DNA from: Callorhinchus milii
Taxonomy: Eukaryota
Assembly (NCBI RefSeq): GCF_018977255.1
Contig: NW_024704742.1
Location: 48,858,001-48,922,000 of the forward strand
Reading direction: 5' to 3'
DNA length: 64,000 bases
Within the stretch, counting starts at the first letter, position 1, and each line of letters starts with the position of its first letter. The translations under genes and the position numbers were made by a program. This document shows, piece by piece, positions 1 through 12,660 of the stretch. The notes beneath the pieces are model-generated. The model saw only the letters and a program-made list of their open reading frames with translations, had not been told where the DNA came from and made no database searches.

Positions 1-2729
1 AAAATAAAATTATTTTGGCGATTGTTGCACCTTTATTATTATAAAACGTTCTGCCTAACAGAGTATCAGAATCATGTTTTTTTTAATTATTAAAAAAAAC
101 TCAGCCTTTCTAAGCAGGGAATAATTGGATTGCGTTCAGCTAGTATAAATTATTTCAGGAGCTGCCACATCACTGCTGGAGTAATCGGTATGACTAGCGA
201 GGACTTTAGCAAATGACTGTGGAACTGAAGACTCATTACTTGAAGTGGATGGACCAGCTGGAAATTGTGCTTTTTATTGTTTATGTATTTTTAGTTCTAA
301 AATATCATTATATGCACCGCAGACTTTTAAAATGTCACTCTCTTTGATTTGTGATTAAAGTCGCCAAAGCAATCAAACAATTATACAGTAACTAGACCGA
401 GACATACCATAATTCCTTGCTTAGCAAATAGATGGGTCTGAACCCGATACTTGGAAATGATTCTGTGGAGAACTGCGAGCACCTGATAAGCCAGCTGCAT
501 TGTATCTATCTGCCTCAGTCAGCCGCAATACAATAACACTTTGGTTCACTTAGATCCTAGACTTTAATGTGGGATAAATATTAAAAATGTGGCCCACCAA
601 AATTGAACGACAGTGTTAAAGAGCAAGCAAATAAGCAGCCCTCTCTTTTCCTTGGTTGAGCAAAAAATATTTTTTAAATATTAAAAAAGGTTGGCATTTA
701 TTTATTGAAATAGATAAAGCCACGTTTTGCATGCTAATTGAGGCCTCGAACAGAGGAATCATAAGATAACTGTTTGCTGTATTTTTTTTTATTTGTAACC
801 ATTGCCTGATCGGTTTGTTGGAATGTTATATGTTAGGTTCTTTCACATTAAAACCGTGCCTTAGAAAATGCAGGCTGTTGCACATAGACGGTCAGAAATA
901 TTGAGCATGTATGTGAATCAGACATAATTGGTGCCATGTCTGCTAAGGATGTGCTCTGGAGTGAGCTGGGTGCAAGCGGTGCTAGGAAGCAGACTGGATC
1001 CTGAGGTCCAAAGGGCTTACTGCACGTGGTCAGCCAACAGTAGACTGAAGTTTTTGACCTTTCTGCATGGTTTCAGCAATAGCTGATGTTGCTCCTGCAG
1101 AGAGAGAAACATCCGTTGTGTAAAATACAAGTTTTAGCACAAGGGATTTTTAAAGTGGACTTTTTACATTTTCTTGTACTCGCGCCCTCCTGAGAACTTA
1201 CGGATGTGGAGGAAGTCATGAACGTAAATGTAGTAGCACATTTTGTACGTGTTCCAATAGCCCCATTTACAAACCTGTTTTTTTTGTTTGTTTTAAAAAT
1301 ATATATATTTTAAATGGAGACACTTTGGACCAGAGTCACTAAGCACAAGTGGTAACATTACAAGTAACTTCCTGACCTGTATTGACTTGCAGTCAACACA
1401 GATTACTTAAATATCAATACTTAAAACTCCCACCCGACAGTACTGCAGGCTTCCCTGGAAAAGACATTGTGAAACACATTCCTGAATCGGGAATGATAGG
1501 AGCAGCACATTTGTATTTTGTGGTTGAGTGTGAATCAGAGAAAGAAATAAGGGTCTGTAGCAACGTGAATTGCAGCGTGAGTGCATGTCAAAGACAGAAC
1601 AAAACCTGAACTAGCCTTAGCACAATAACAACAACTTGCACTTAAAATAGTGGCTTTTTTATAAGGCACCACCTTGAAGCATTTTACAGAGACGGAATAG
1701 AAGTCCGGGCATGTCGGGAGAAGGGAAAGGTAGGCATGAGTCAGGTGATGGCATAGTCGATGAGAGAGAATTTGAGGTGAGTTTTGAAAGCAGAGGCAGA
1801 AGTATTTTGGGAGAGCGCAGTAATGTTATTACCCTAAGCAGAGTTGATCCCTTTCATCAACCGATAGTGTGGGCCCCCCCCCCCGATAGCATCTGAACCA
1901 AAAACATTAGGATTGCTTCAGTACAAATAAAAAATAGCCAAGGCAAAGGTATTATTTAGAGGTTACATTTTGTTTTAAAAATGTTCCACTTATAGGTTTG
2001 GTTGACTTGCACTGAATTTGGTAAGTGTAGTAAGTCCATGTTTGGCTCAAATGTCAACATTAAGCTTTGTCAAAGGCTCATGCCGTATTTGTACCAGATT
2101 GCCACCAGACTCCGAAATTCATGTTTGCATGATTGGATGCAGTATTTTAACAGCAGCATGCAGTGATTCTCTGCCACCATTGACCAACATGAATGTCTGC
2201 ATAAAGAGCTCATAACTGTACTTGGTTAACAAGGTTTGTCCAAAGCATGCTTGACCAAACATGGACTTAAGCTGGTGAATAATTGTAACTGGGGCTAGTG
2301 TTCAAACATAAATGATTGAAACTGTCTGATATATGCTACAGTTCAACTTATTATGCTGTATTTATTGTGATTTGCCTCTAGAAATAATAAAAAGTACAAT
2401 GTGTTCAAATAATGCAACAGCTTTTATAGTACATGTATGTTGTTTATAAATAAAATGTTTAAAAATTAACCTGTTGCTTAATGATTTTTGTTTTCCACTG
2501 ATTGACTTTGTGACTTTATTACACATGAATATTCTACATGAGGTGATTTTGATTGTGCTGCAAAACAGGACAAACCTCAGAAGCACATGTGAGGGCAGAG
2601 AACTCCTGGCCCTCAAAGAGCGGGTCCAGTCAAAAAGTATGTGTGGCCTGCTAGTACCTGGCAGTACTAATAAGGTACTTGAAGGCAGTAGCCTCTTTAA
2701 GAGACCTGACCTTAATGCTGTGCGGACAG

Positions 2730-3120
2730 TGTTTGTGCATACATGGTGTTTGATGTGGTGTGTGATTGGTGATGTGTGTGCATGCATGCATCTGGTATGT
2801 TTGTGCATGTGTATCTGTGTGTGATGTGCATTTGAGAGTGCATGTGACCGGTGTCTGTGTGCACATGTGGTCTGGTCTGTGTGTGTGTATCTTGTGTATG
2901 GTATTTGTATTTACCGATGTACCTCTGGTATGTGTTCTGGTGTGGTTTGTGATTGTGAGTGTGGTGTGTGTATGCGTGTGATGGTTGTATGTATGAGTTT
3001 CATGTTTGTGTTTGGTGTTTGTGTGTATGCATATGATGTTTGTGTATATAGTATGGTGTTTGTGTGTCTGTGTGTGTGTGTACGCATGTGTGTGTGTTAT
3101 GGGCATGTGTGTGTACACGA
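2730..3120. repeat. Degenerate (TG)n-rich low-complexity tract
   Basis: Directly visible; it explains the spurious Cys/Val and His/Thr ORFs. Confidence 0.9.
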
Positions 3121-3999
3121 TGGGCTGAGGACTGCTGTTTTCATTTGGTGATGTTTATTTTGATCTATCAGTGAACAAAAGGCTTATTTTAGTTCCAAAA
3201 GCGACTTTGCTGTTTTGCTTGCAGGCTCCAGCACCACAATCTCTCACAGGGCATCTCCACCTACACCAGTGAGACATTTTTCAGCTCACACAAGAACCAG
3301 CCCAAGACTGCTGAGATATGACTTAGACCATGATTCTAACACCATGAATAATAGTGTAAACTATAAAATTATAATAATACGATAAAAATGTCAAAAGTCA
3401 TGGAAATCATAGTAAAAATTATGGAACTCAGAAAATTTTAACAGGAGCGTCATTACTAATTGGAAACTACTGTTATTTTGTTGGTGGTCTTTTTGCATTA
3501 AAATATCACAAAGATTCTATGCATGCACAAGATAAGAATCAGGAAACCTTTTTTTAATTAAAGATTTTGGCTGCAATATGACCATTTTCAATATTAATTT
3601 GTAAAACAGATTATTGTACTTCCTAAAAAGAACTAACTTACAAATTAAGACTAAGTTTAAGAATTTTATGCAATTCTGTGGGACTTTTAAATCAAAATTG
3701 TCTTTCATGCTAAGATAAGGTAGAATTTGGGGACTTATAGTACACAGAACAAGCAGGGAATTGAATTAGTATACTGTATATAGATCCACTTGATGAGCTA
3801 GCAACATTATAGGCTTGATATGCAAGAGTGGCTAGAGTTTCTCTGATTGCCTGAGAGAAAAATACTCTTCACCTTCTGATTGCATAAAGTGTCATTTTTC
3901 CAAAAAGCAAGATTTCTTTTTCAAAAAATGATTCACATAATAGATTTCAATCATGATCTTTCACTGAAATTTTGACTGTAACATGACATTAAATTTCGG

Positions 4000-4366
4000 T
4001 GTCCCATAGTTCAGTGGTTAGAACACTTGCCTCGTAAGCGAGAGACCTGGGTTTGATTCCCGGCAGGGCAAAATTTGGGGCAAGTTTCCTTACTCCACGT
4101 GCCTCCGTTTACCTAGCAGTAAGTAGGAACCCAGTTGTTAATCAATTGTCGGATCACTTTTCCAGGAGTAATCATTCTTTCAAAACAAATAATAATTGTT
4201 GACTTCAATCTACCGCTGTTTGTGGGACACCGTTGAGCACAATTGGCTGCCTCATTTTGCCCGCAAAATATAGAGTCAATTCACTTTACAGTATATTCTG
4301 TAAAGCACTTTGAGACGTCTCAAAGGCGTGATAAGGTGCTATATCAAATGGAAGGATTATTATATT
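4000..4366 (+). mobile_element. tRNA-derived SINE, near full length
   Basis: tRNA-like head with A/B boxes (TAGTTCAGTGGTTAGA ... GGTTTGATTCC), shared body, L2-like tail ending in ATT repeats. Confidence 0.9.
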
Positions 4367-4944
4367 AAGCACAGTCTTCTCTTACTTTGTATAGAGTCTA
4401 ACTGGTCAAAGAGGAAACTATGGTATTCTACATCTAAAAGTGAGTTAGTTATCTTCATCAGTAACTGTATATCACTTTCCAGTCAGCGCTCCCTTTGAAA
4501 ATACAAACAATTTGATCTCAATGTCTTTCTTTGAAGCCGTATGTCAAATACTGCCTAATGAACTTGACCAGATTACCACAATTGTTGCAGTGACATTCAT
4601 TTGACTGGTTATTTATTCACAAAACCCATTGTGCTTGCTGTTTTCCCTGGTTCAGTTGCAGTTATTTAGATTCCAAGGATCAGCAAAAAAAAGCTAATTA
4701 AAAAATTACTGTGGCTTAGCGATCAGCTCTTTGGAAAGGCAGCTGAAAGGGTTCAGCTGAGGGCACCTCAAAGTAAACTGCTACTCTTTCATCGCAGGTG
4801 ACCTATGACAGCAGGAGTGTCATTGAAGCTACTCGTATTTTGTTTGGTAATCATTCTAGATTAAAAAAATTCACAAAAGTTCTGTGCGCAATTGGCTGCC
4901 GCGTTTTGCACACCAAATATACAGTCAATTCACTTTACATATAT

Positions 4945-5520
4945 AAACAAAATGCAAAATACTGCAGATGCTGGAACTCTGAAACAAGTCGCTGGGAACA
5001 CTCAGCAGGTCAGGCAGCATCTATGAAGAAAGGAAAGTGAGTAACGTTTCAGGTCCATGACCATTCGTCAGAACTGGGGCATGTTGGGAGGGAGAGGCTT
5101 TTACGTGAGGGGGGAGGCAGGACAAGGAAGACAAAGGAGAAAATGGGGTAGAGGATCGGGGATGATGGGTTAAAGAAATGTTAATAATGCAAAACAAAGA
5201 GGCGGCGGGGGAGGGGGGGAATTGCAACAAAATAGGCAGACCAGAGAGAGAAAAGGTGTGTCAGGGACCCAGTTGATGTGGTAATGGTTACAGAAGAGGG
5301 GGAGGGGGAAGGTGAGGTGTTATGGTCTGAAATTATTGAAATCAATATTGAGGCCAGAGGGCTGTAAGGTCCCTTGCAGATAGATGAGGTGCTGTTCCTC
5401 GAGCTTGCGCTGTGGCTCATTGGAACAACGAAGGAGATCATGGATGGAGAGGTCAGAGTCTGAGTGGAAGGGAGAGTTGAAGTGGCAAGAAACTGGAAGT
5501 TCAGGGTTGTGCTTGAGGGC
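4945..5520 (-). mobile_element. Penelope-like element 3' fragment (C-terminus of the GIY-YIG endonuclease plus terminal repeat with a hammerhead-ribozyme core)
   Basis: PVSCHFNSPFHSDSDL...RKLEEQHLIYLQGTLQPSGLNIDFNNFR is typical of the end of a PLE endonuclease. Downstream is CTGACGA...GAAACGTT, then AGATGCTGCCTGACCTGCTGAGT. Confidence 0.85.
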
Positions 5521-7399
5521 ACAAATCGGTTTCAAGCAAATGCAATATCCAGTTACTTAAAAGTGATCATTCCTTTGAATGTTCATATGCAAAGAACTGT
5601 AAAAGGCATGAAAGCAGGCCTTTGTACAGGCAACACAGAATTGGTTTGCAAATGCTTACTTGGAGTAAACAACGTTAAACATACAAGTGTAACAGTCTGA
5701 CCTCGTCAAATGAGAAGAAACGACAGTACATTTAGAAAATGCTAATCCAAATCATAGCGCTTTAAGACATAGCGCTCAGCGACATGATAAGGTGCTATAT
5801 CAAATGAAAGAATTATTATAGACAGAGACTTGACTCACAGAATACACATGTTATATGTATGCTGTATAGGTCAGACCGAGAGAGTGCAGCCAAAAGACAA
5901 TTTATTTTCTGTGAGCTGGCAGGCTCCAACCATGAATTTAGAAACCTATGAGTCAATCACCACTATCAGAGTACTAGGGATCAAGAAATGGCATGATGAA
6001 TAACTGAGGTTACGACAAAAATAATTCACAGGAGATTCTGGGATTATTTTTTAATCAAGTGTTTTACCTTATTGAAATTTGGGAGTAAAATTATAATTTA
6101 TTTCCATTTCCACTTTACCACCTTGTATGAAAGTTCCAACATATTCTTCTCCTCCTTGTGCTGCTTGTTCTAACCAGAGCTTTAAGTGGTATCAGTTTCC
6201 TCCTTATCGCGTGTAATGTATTTTTTATTCAATTATGGGCCAAGCACAATGGAGCAGGACCTATTCCTTCTGACATTGTGCTGAGTGCATGTAAAATGCC
6301 AGGATGAAGACAAACCTAATAACACACATTATACAAGGAAATGCTGAGGCCGTATCATTCTCCTGCAAAAATAATTTACGAATGCTAATTATGCTTTCCC
6401 GACATAATAAGGCAACATTTTCAACTAACAGACACAATTATGAATCATTTGCAAGGCATTTTAATGTAAAGTTTCCCTTGTTATAGCACCTGGTGCTACA
6501 TTATTCTATGTTAGTCTGCAATGCCTTAGCCAATTTATTGTTTAATAAAAGGTTTGTTTGCTGCAGACAATGAGGTTCAAAATGTGACATTCGCAAGTTG
6601 GTGTTACTGTATGTTATAAATAAATACTTGAATACCCACCCTACCATCTTCCCATTACAATATCAAGCTATTTCTCAAACAAATCCAGTGTCCTAATCTC
6701 AACCACCCTTCTTCAAACCCAATTGCAGCTTTTAATATACATGCATGTTAGTGTATTTTGAGCTTGTAGACAGAATGCACTTGTAGCTATATATCTGTAT
6801 ATGATGCTAAAATCAATTTATAGGTTAATAGAAATGACCAATCTGTGATTTTTTTGTTTCCAGAAAAACAATCAACAAAACAATATTCCAAACTTAAACC
6901 AGCAAAGTGCATCTCAGTGTATGAGAATGCCTGTAGGAATGAGGCGGAGGTACATTGCAAATGAACAACTATTATTAACACATATCTAGAAAATGTGCCA
7001 TATTAAGGTCCTGAATTTTATGTGCAACCTTAATTGTCCAGTTTTTTATGAGCTAATATGTAACACCTAACCGTCTCAATATTTAAAACTCATTAAGCAG
7101 GAAACATTCTATGTCATGAAAATTTGAATATCTAAATTTCTCATTCTGAAACTGCCACGAAAAGTAATTTATTGATAAAATAATGTTGCCAATGGCAGAT
7201 CACCCTGCAATAGGGAGAGGAGGTACGATTGAAAGGAACATTCTGTGTCTTTAACATCGACGTTGTCCACAAACACTAGAGGGCGACAAACACTGGAGTT
7301 AGAGAGTTGGGCTAATTTGAGGGTTGACATCCAGTCTGTTTGATAGAAATCTATTCGGACATGAGGAATTGTCACGATTTGTTTGATGAGAATCCATTC

Positions 7400-8140
7400 A
7401 GACATCATAAATTAGCTCCTAGGCAGTTTGATAGGAATCAATGGTGGGATCAGAGTCGGGCAATGTCTGATAGCGATCAATGGGAGGGTTCAGAGACTGA
7501 TATCCCCCTGGGGTGGGTTGGGGGAGGTAAGTGGGGTCTCCTTGGAGCTGAACTGGCTCCAAGGTGACATGCCTGGCAACGGAGTGTCGGAATCGAGCCA
7601 ACCCTCTGTCCTGGTGTCGGTAGTCCAGCTCCTGAGCCAGGTGGATCCGTAGTATTCCAGGGCAAGGCTGATGGCAGCACAGCCGGCCTGGCTCATTGGC
7701 CAGACCTGGAAGGGCAGACCAGTCACTGAGGGAATCATCCTGCTCATCTCCTGTTAACCCTACAAATCAAAGGCTTAATGGGTTGGATGGTCCTAGCTGA
7801 ACAAACCGTGGGAAAGCTTGACAGACAGCAATATCGATGGCAAGCTATGGGGTTTTGCTGGTTAGACAACTGTAATTTTGTTGTTGTTGTAGACTCCAGC
7901 AGTTACCCTAACGTACACTCTGGGGTTCCCAAGCCTTGGCTCTTGCCAACCTGCACTAATACTTTCCAGAATAAGTAGGATGTGTCCCTCCAGGGAGAGA
8001 GTGCACATTCCATTCCAACCATCTATCTCTGGGATTTCCATGTGTAGTTGGGATGCATGGAAATCTTGGCTTGGCCTGGATACCCTTAAACATGGTAATG
8101 GGTTTCCTCATGTGTCAGACACCCGGCTAACCCCAAAAAA
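7400..8140 (+). repeat. Unclassified interspersed repeat, copy 1
   Basis: Segmental similarity by eye to 42890-43200 (inverted) and 60780-61370 (direct). Boundaries approximate. Confidence 0.7.
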
Positions 8141-10489
8141 GATATTCTCTGATTGGAATCCATGTGGGGGTCAGAGACTGGCACTGTCTGTCTGGTGGGA
8201 ATCTGTTGAGGCATCAGAGATTGGCATCTACACTCTGTTGGTGAATGTTGTTGTTGGAACATCATGAAATGGGCAGCATTTTTTTTCAGTGGAGTTCTCT
8301 ATTTGCACTTGCATAGAGAATTGGACTTGATTATTTGGACCTGCAGAGTTATGGATAATTTTACTTCACTGCCTCCAAAGGATATTGGGACAAAAAGCCT
8401 ATTTCACATACCGATAGTGGGGGGGAAAAAAATCGCAAAATCATTGTATGAGGAATGGTACCTTTCCGAAGATGACAATTTGTTTGTATTTGTCACTGAC
8501 ATAAAGGGATTGTTTATGTTGGTGCCTTTCATATTGTGGTACTCATAGGTCGGTGTTATTTTATGGATTAACTGCTTATTGCATCAGGCTGGTCACTGGC
8601 CACTGAATGTGGGAGATTTCCCATCGGATTTCAAATGGAGGAGCACAATTCGTTTTAAGGTGTGACAAATATTTCTTTCTTTTTTAAAAAAAAATGAAGA
8701 GGAGGATCTCAAGACAGGTGCAAAAAGGCAGCAATAATTTCGAGCAAAGGTATTGTGGTTTGCGTTTGTTTGATCTGCAGCAGCCAGAGTGGTTACAGCC
8801 AGAATCCGAGATCAGGCGCTACATGCAATTCATTTTCTTTCGAATAAGAGGAATGTCAATAAGAATTTATGCAGCAGAAATTCGTCATTTGGATAAGTAA
8901 CCACGGGTCGGAGAGTCAATGAAGTCCGGATCATGTTGGAGCTATTTCTTGCCAGAATGCCGGGTTCAATCTGTTTCTCGGGAGCCCCTGAATGAAATGC
9001 ACATCTCTCCAGGACGGTTTCACCTCCTCCTGGTGCACAGACACTGGGGAAAGAAGTCGCTCTTAAATGCAGGTTGCGAATTCCACAATTCCCAGTCTTG
9101 CAAGTGCAGTGACTGCAAAGGTGACTTGCACGCTGTGCGCCTGTGACCCCAAGTTTCTTCTTTTATTCTGTTGCCCCCCTGAAGCACGTATTCCCCCCAC
9201 CCACCCCTTCCCCACACTCCGGTTTTCCTCCCAGGATTCTGGAAATAAAGCCTTGCCTCCCTGCCATTTATTGCGAGAATCTGCACCGGTTGTAACTTGA
9301 TTAAATGCAAACTGTTGAAGTATAAATTGACGCACCGCATTCTGACTGGCAGTGCGGTGCCGGTGCCTGTTGCCTGCTGCCTGCTGCCTGCTGAAGGCTT
9401 CTGGCATCCGACCACACTCTGTCAAACCACCTGTTCAGGCGCTGCTAACATTGCACACGGACCAAATGTAGTTGAGACATGGGCCAGGGAGCCCCATATT
9501 GCTGCATAACCACCTCCAGCAGCTCAGCCTGAATTATAAACCATCTCCCCCTTTTATTGTGTTGTTTCTGAGCAATGTACCCAACCGGCGCAGCAGAAGA
9601 TGTTGCACTGTGCATTGATCAAATGTTTGACAAAGGAAATCTGCTGTGTCTTCCCGAGACTTGTCCTTGAAAAGATTCAACTGATAAACCACCCAAACCT
9701 GTTGCAATTATGCGCTGAGGGTTAATTGGCAAATGGACATTCAATTTACACCCATGTAAATGGCACTAAATGGAAAGCTTATTATTTGTGGAATGTGAAA
9801 TGATTAGATGACAGAGGCATTCTGGAAAATATTCATTGTGGAGTTTTGTTTTGCAGCATAAATAAGTACAGATAAGACCCGAAAAATCCCGAGAAACCAA
9901 CGATTACGGTTCTCGGTGCACTTGCTGATCGCTCTACTTCCAAAGTCCTAACATGAGTAAATTGTGGCGAGTGTTTCTGCTACTTACCCGTCTGTACTAC
10001 TAGTCCAGGAAGAGTCTCAGATTAGTCGTAATGGTGTGGAAGAAAATAATAATCTTTGCATTTGATAGAGCGCCTTATCGCGTCTTTTGGACGTTTTAAA
10101 GCACTTCGCAGAATATGCTGTATTGCGATTTGACTGTATATTCGTGCACATTGCCAAAAAAAGGGGGTAAAATCTCAGTCGTTTAAAATTATTCGTTAAA
10201 TGTTAAAGGAATTGTGTGTGTAAAAAAAACATATTGGCTGTAAGATCTGATTGCGAGATCCCATCCCATCAAAAATCCACTGTGGAAACGTTATTGTGGA
10301 ACTGGAAACGAGAATAAAAGTACTCTGAGGTAATGCTATCCAGAGATGTTGGCACTTGATAGAAAGGTAAGTCACAAGGCTGGTGTGGATACCGTACTGA
10401 GACGCATTCACATTGGATGAAGTCTATTTTATTACAGTGGCTTTGGTGCCTAAATTTCAAACACGCAGACAAGACAACGGGAAAGTGTA

Positions 10490-12660
10490 ACATTAATGAC
10501 CAGATCTGTTTTGCCCCTTTTTTTTATTTCACAGTTTTTCTTTCGTCGTCTCTCATATTTTCCATCAAACATGACTTTTTTTTTAAAAAAAGAGAGAAAT
10601 CTAGTACAATCACAATATGTTTATAAATACTATATTTCCGACGATTCATTTAAAAATGTGTTTCGGCCTGTGCACACAACGGCGAAACAGCTATTAACGT
10701 ATTATTATTATTATAATAATATTTACTGTCAGTGGCAAAACAATAAGCTTTTAAATAAAAAATCACATCGACGTTCTCCAATAGTCTACCCTGTGGAATT
10801 AGCATCACTTGCCTTTTGCTAAAACTCAGAGATATAACTATCACAACATTAATTTTATTCAACAAAAAGGAAACAAAATAAAAGCAGAAACCATCTTCCA
10901 ACCTTTGCTTCGCATTTTATTATCAACAATCAAGTTAATGGTACACTTTTGGAAAACTATATGCACATGTAGAAATATTTTTGCCTTATTTAAATATAAG
11001 CATCCATTATACCACATATAAATAATTTCTGAACTCCTGAACATAAACGTATGGAGATTATGCTCACAATAATTTCCAACGGGACAGGAAAAAAAAAATC
11101 AGACAACATGCATTTAACAAAAATATATACCGTTATATATGAACCAGTTTTACCTAAACAAAAAAAAACTGAACTTGGTAATGATCTGTTGTGTGTGTTT
11201 CTTTCTCACTCTCTCTCTCCATAAAGACACGCCATATCGACTACAAGGGGACAGGTAAGGGGACGTTTTAAGGGTCAACTATAGAGGACAAATTTATACT
11301 CAGAATAACACTTTACATTTTAAGCACAGAACACGGTTGTAGAAAGACACACTAAAAGTTTTTTTTTGTTTGCTTTTTTGTAATGTTTTTGGATTTTTTT
11401 AAATTATACGTTTGCAACCATTTTTAGGGAGGGGTGGGTGTGGGTGAGGGTAAGGGCTGTGTGGGTGAGGGCTGTGGGTCTGAGGGTATGGGTGAGGGTG
11501 CGGGATGTGTGGGTGTGGGCTGTGTGGGTGAGGGCAATGAGTGTGTGGCTTAGGGTGTGGGTGAGGGCTGTGAGGGTGAGGGCTATGAGAGTTTGGGTGT
11601 GGGTGAGGGCTGTGAGGGTGTGGGTTGTGGTGTGGGTATGCGCCGTGAGGGTGTGGGTGTGGGCCGTGAGGGTGTGGGTGTGGGCCGTGAGGGTGTGGGT
11701 GTGGGCTATGAGGGTGTGGGCTGTGAGGGTGTGGGCTGTGAGGGTGTGGGTGTGGGCTGTGTGGGTGAGGGCTGTGTGGGTGAGGGCTGTGAGGGTGTGG
11801 GTGTGGGCTGTGAGGGTGTGGGTGTGGGCTATGAGGGTGTGGGCTGTGAGGGTGTGGGCTGTGAGGGTGTGGATGAGGGCTGTGAGGGTGTGGGTGTGGG
11901 CTGTGTGGGTGAGGGCTGTGTGGGTGAGGGCTGTGAGGGTGAGGGCTGTGTGGGTGAGGGCTGTGAGGGCTGTGAGGGTGAGGGCTGTGTGGGTGAGGGC
12001 TGTGTGGGTGAGGGCTGTGAGGGTGAGGGCTGTGAGGGTGAGGGCTGTGTGGGTGAGGGCTGTGAGGGCTGTGAGGGGTGTGAGGGCTGTGAGGGTATGG
12101 GTTAGGGTGAGGGCTGTGAGGGTGAGGGCTGTGAGGGTGAGGGCTGTGTGGGTGAGGGCTGTGAGGGTGAGGGTTGTATGGGTGGGGCTGTGTGGGTGCG
12201 GTGTGTGCGGGTGGGTGTGCGGGGGTGTGTGCGGGGGGGCTGAGGCTTTCCCCGGTGTGGGCGGTGTGGGTGGTGGTTGGGTGGGGGCGTTGTGGGGTCG
12301 GTGTGGGTGGGGGTCGGTGTGGGGGGGTGTGGGGTGGGGGTCGGTGTGGGTGTGGGGTGGGGGTGTGGTGGGGGTCGGTGTGGGTGTGGGGGGGGGGGTG
12401 TGGTGGGTGGGTGTGGGGGTGTGGTGGGGGTCGGTGTGGGTGTGGGGTGGGGGTGGTGGGGTCGGTGTGGGGGTCGGTGTGGGGGGGGGGTGTGGTCGGT
12501 GGGTGGGTGGGGTCGGTGTGGGGGGATGGTGGGGGTGTGGTGGGTGTGTGTGGGGGTCGGTGTGGGTGTCGGTGTGGGGGTGGGGGTCGGTGTGGGGGTC
12601 GGTGTGGGTGTGGGTGTGGGTGTGGGTGTGGGGTGGGGGGTGGTGGGGGGGACACACAGA
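10490..12660 (-). other. Probable PHOX2B 3' UTR; best polyadenylation signal AATAAA at 10523-10528
   Basis: The repeat block after the stop is followed by AU-rich unique sequence. AATAAA at 10523-10528 (minus) is followed by a GU-rich element (GTTGTCTTGTCTGCGTGTTTG). Other AATAAA copies lie at 10854-10859, 10916-10921 and 10428-10433. Confidence 0.55.
11430..12655. repeat. G-rich compound minisatellite (GGCTGTGAGGGTGAG / GGTGTG units, then GGGGTCGGTGTG-type units)
   Basis: Directly visible tandem array starting a few nt after the PHOX2B stop codon. Confidence 0.95.

Noticed and set aside
2362..3151. Cys/Val-rich and His/Thr-rich ORFs
   Set aside because: Translations of a degenerate (TG)n tract.
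11430..12180. Interstitial telomeric repeat
   Set aside because: TGAGGG resembles a telomere variant, but canonical TTAGGG occurs only sporadically and the units are 9-21-mers containing GGCTGT.
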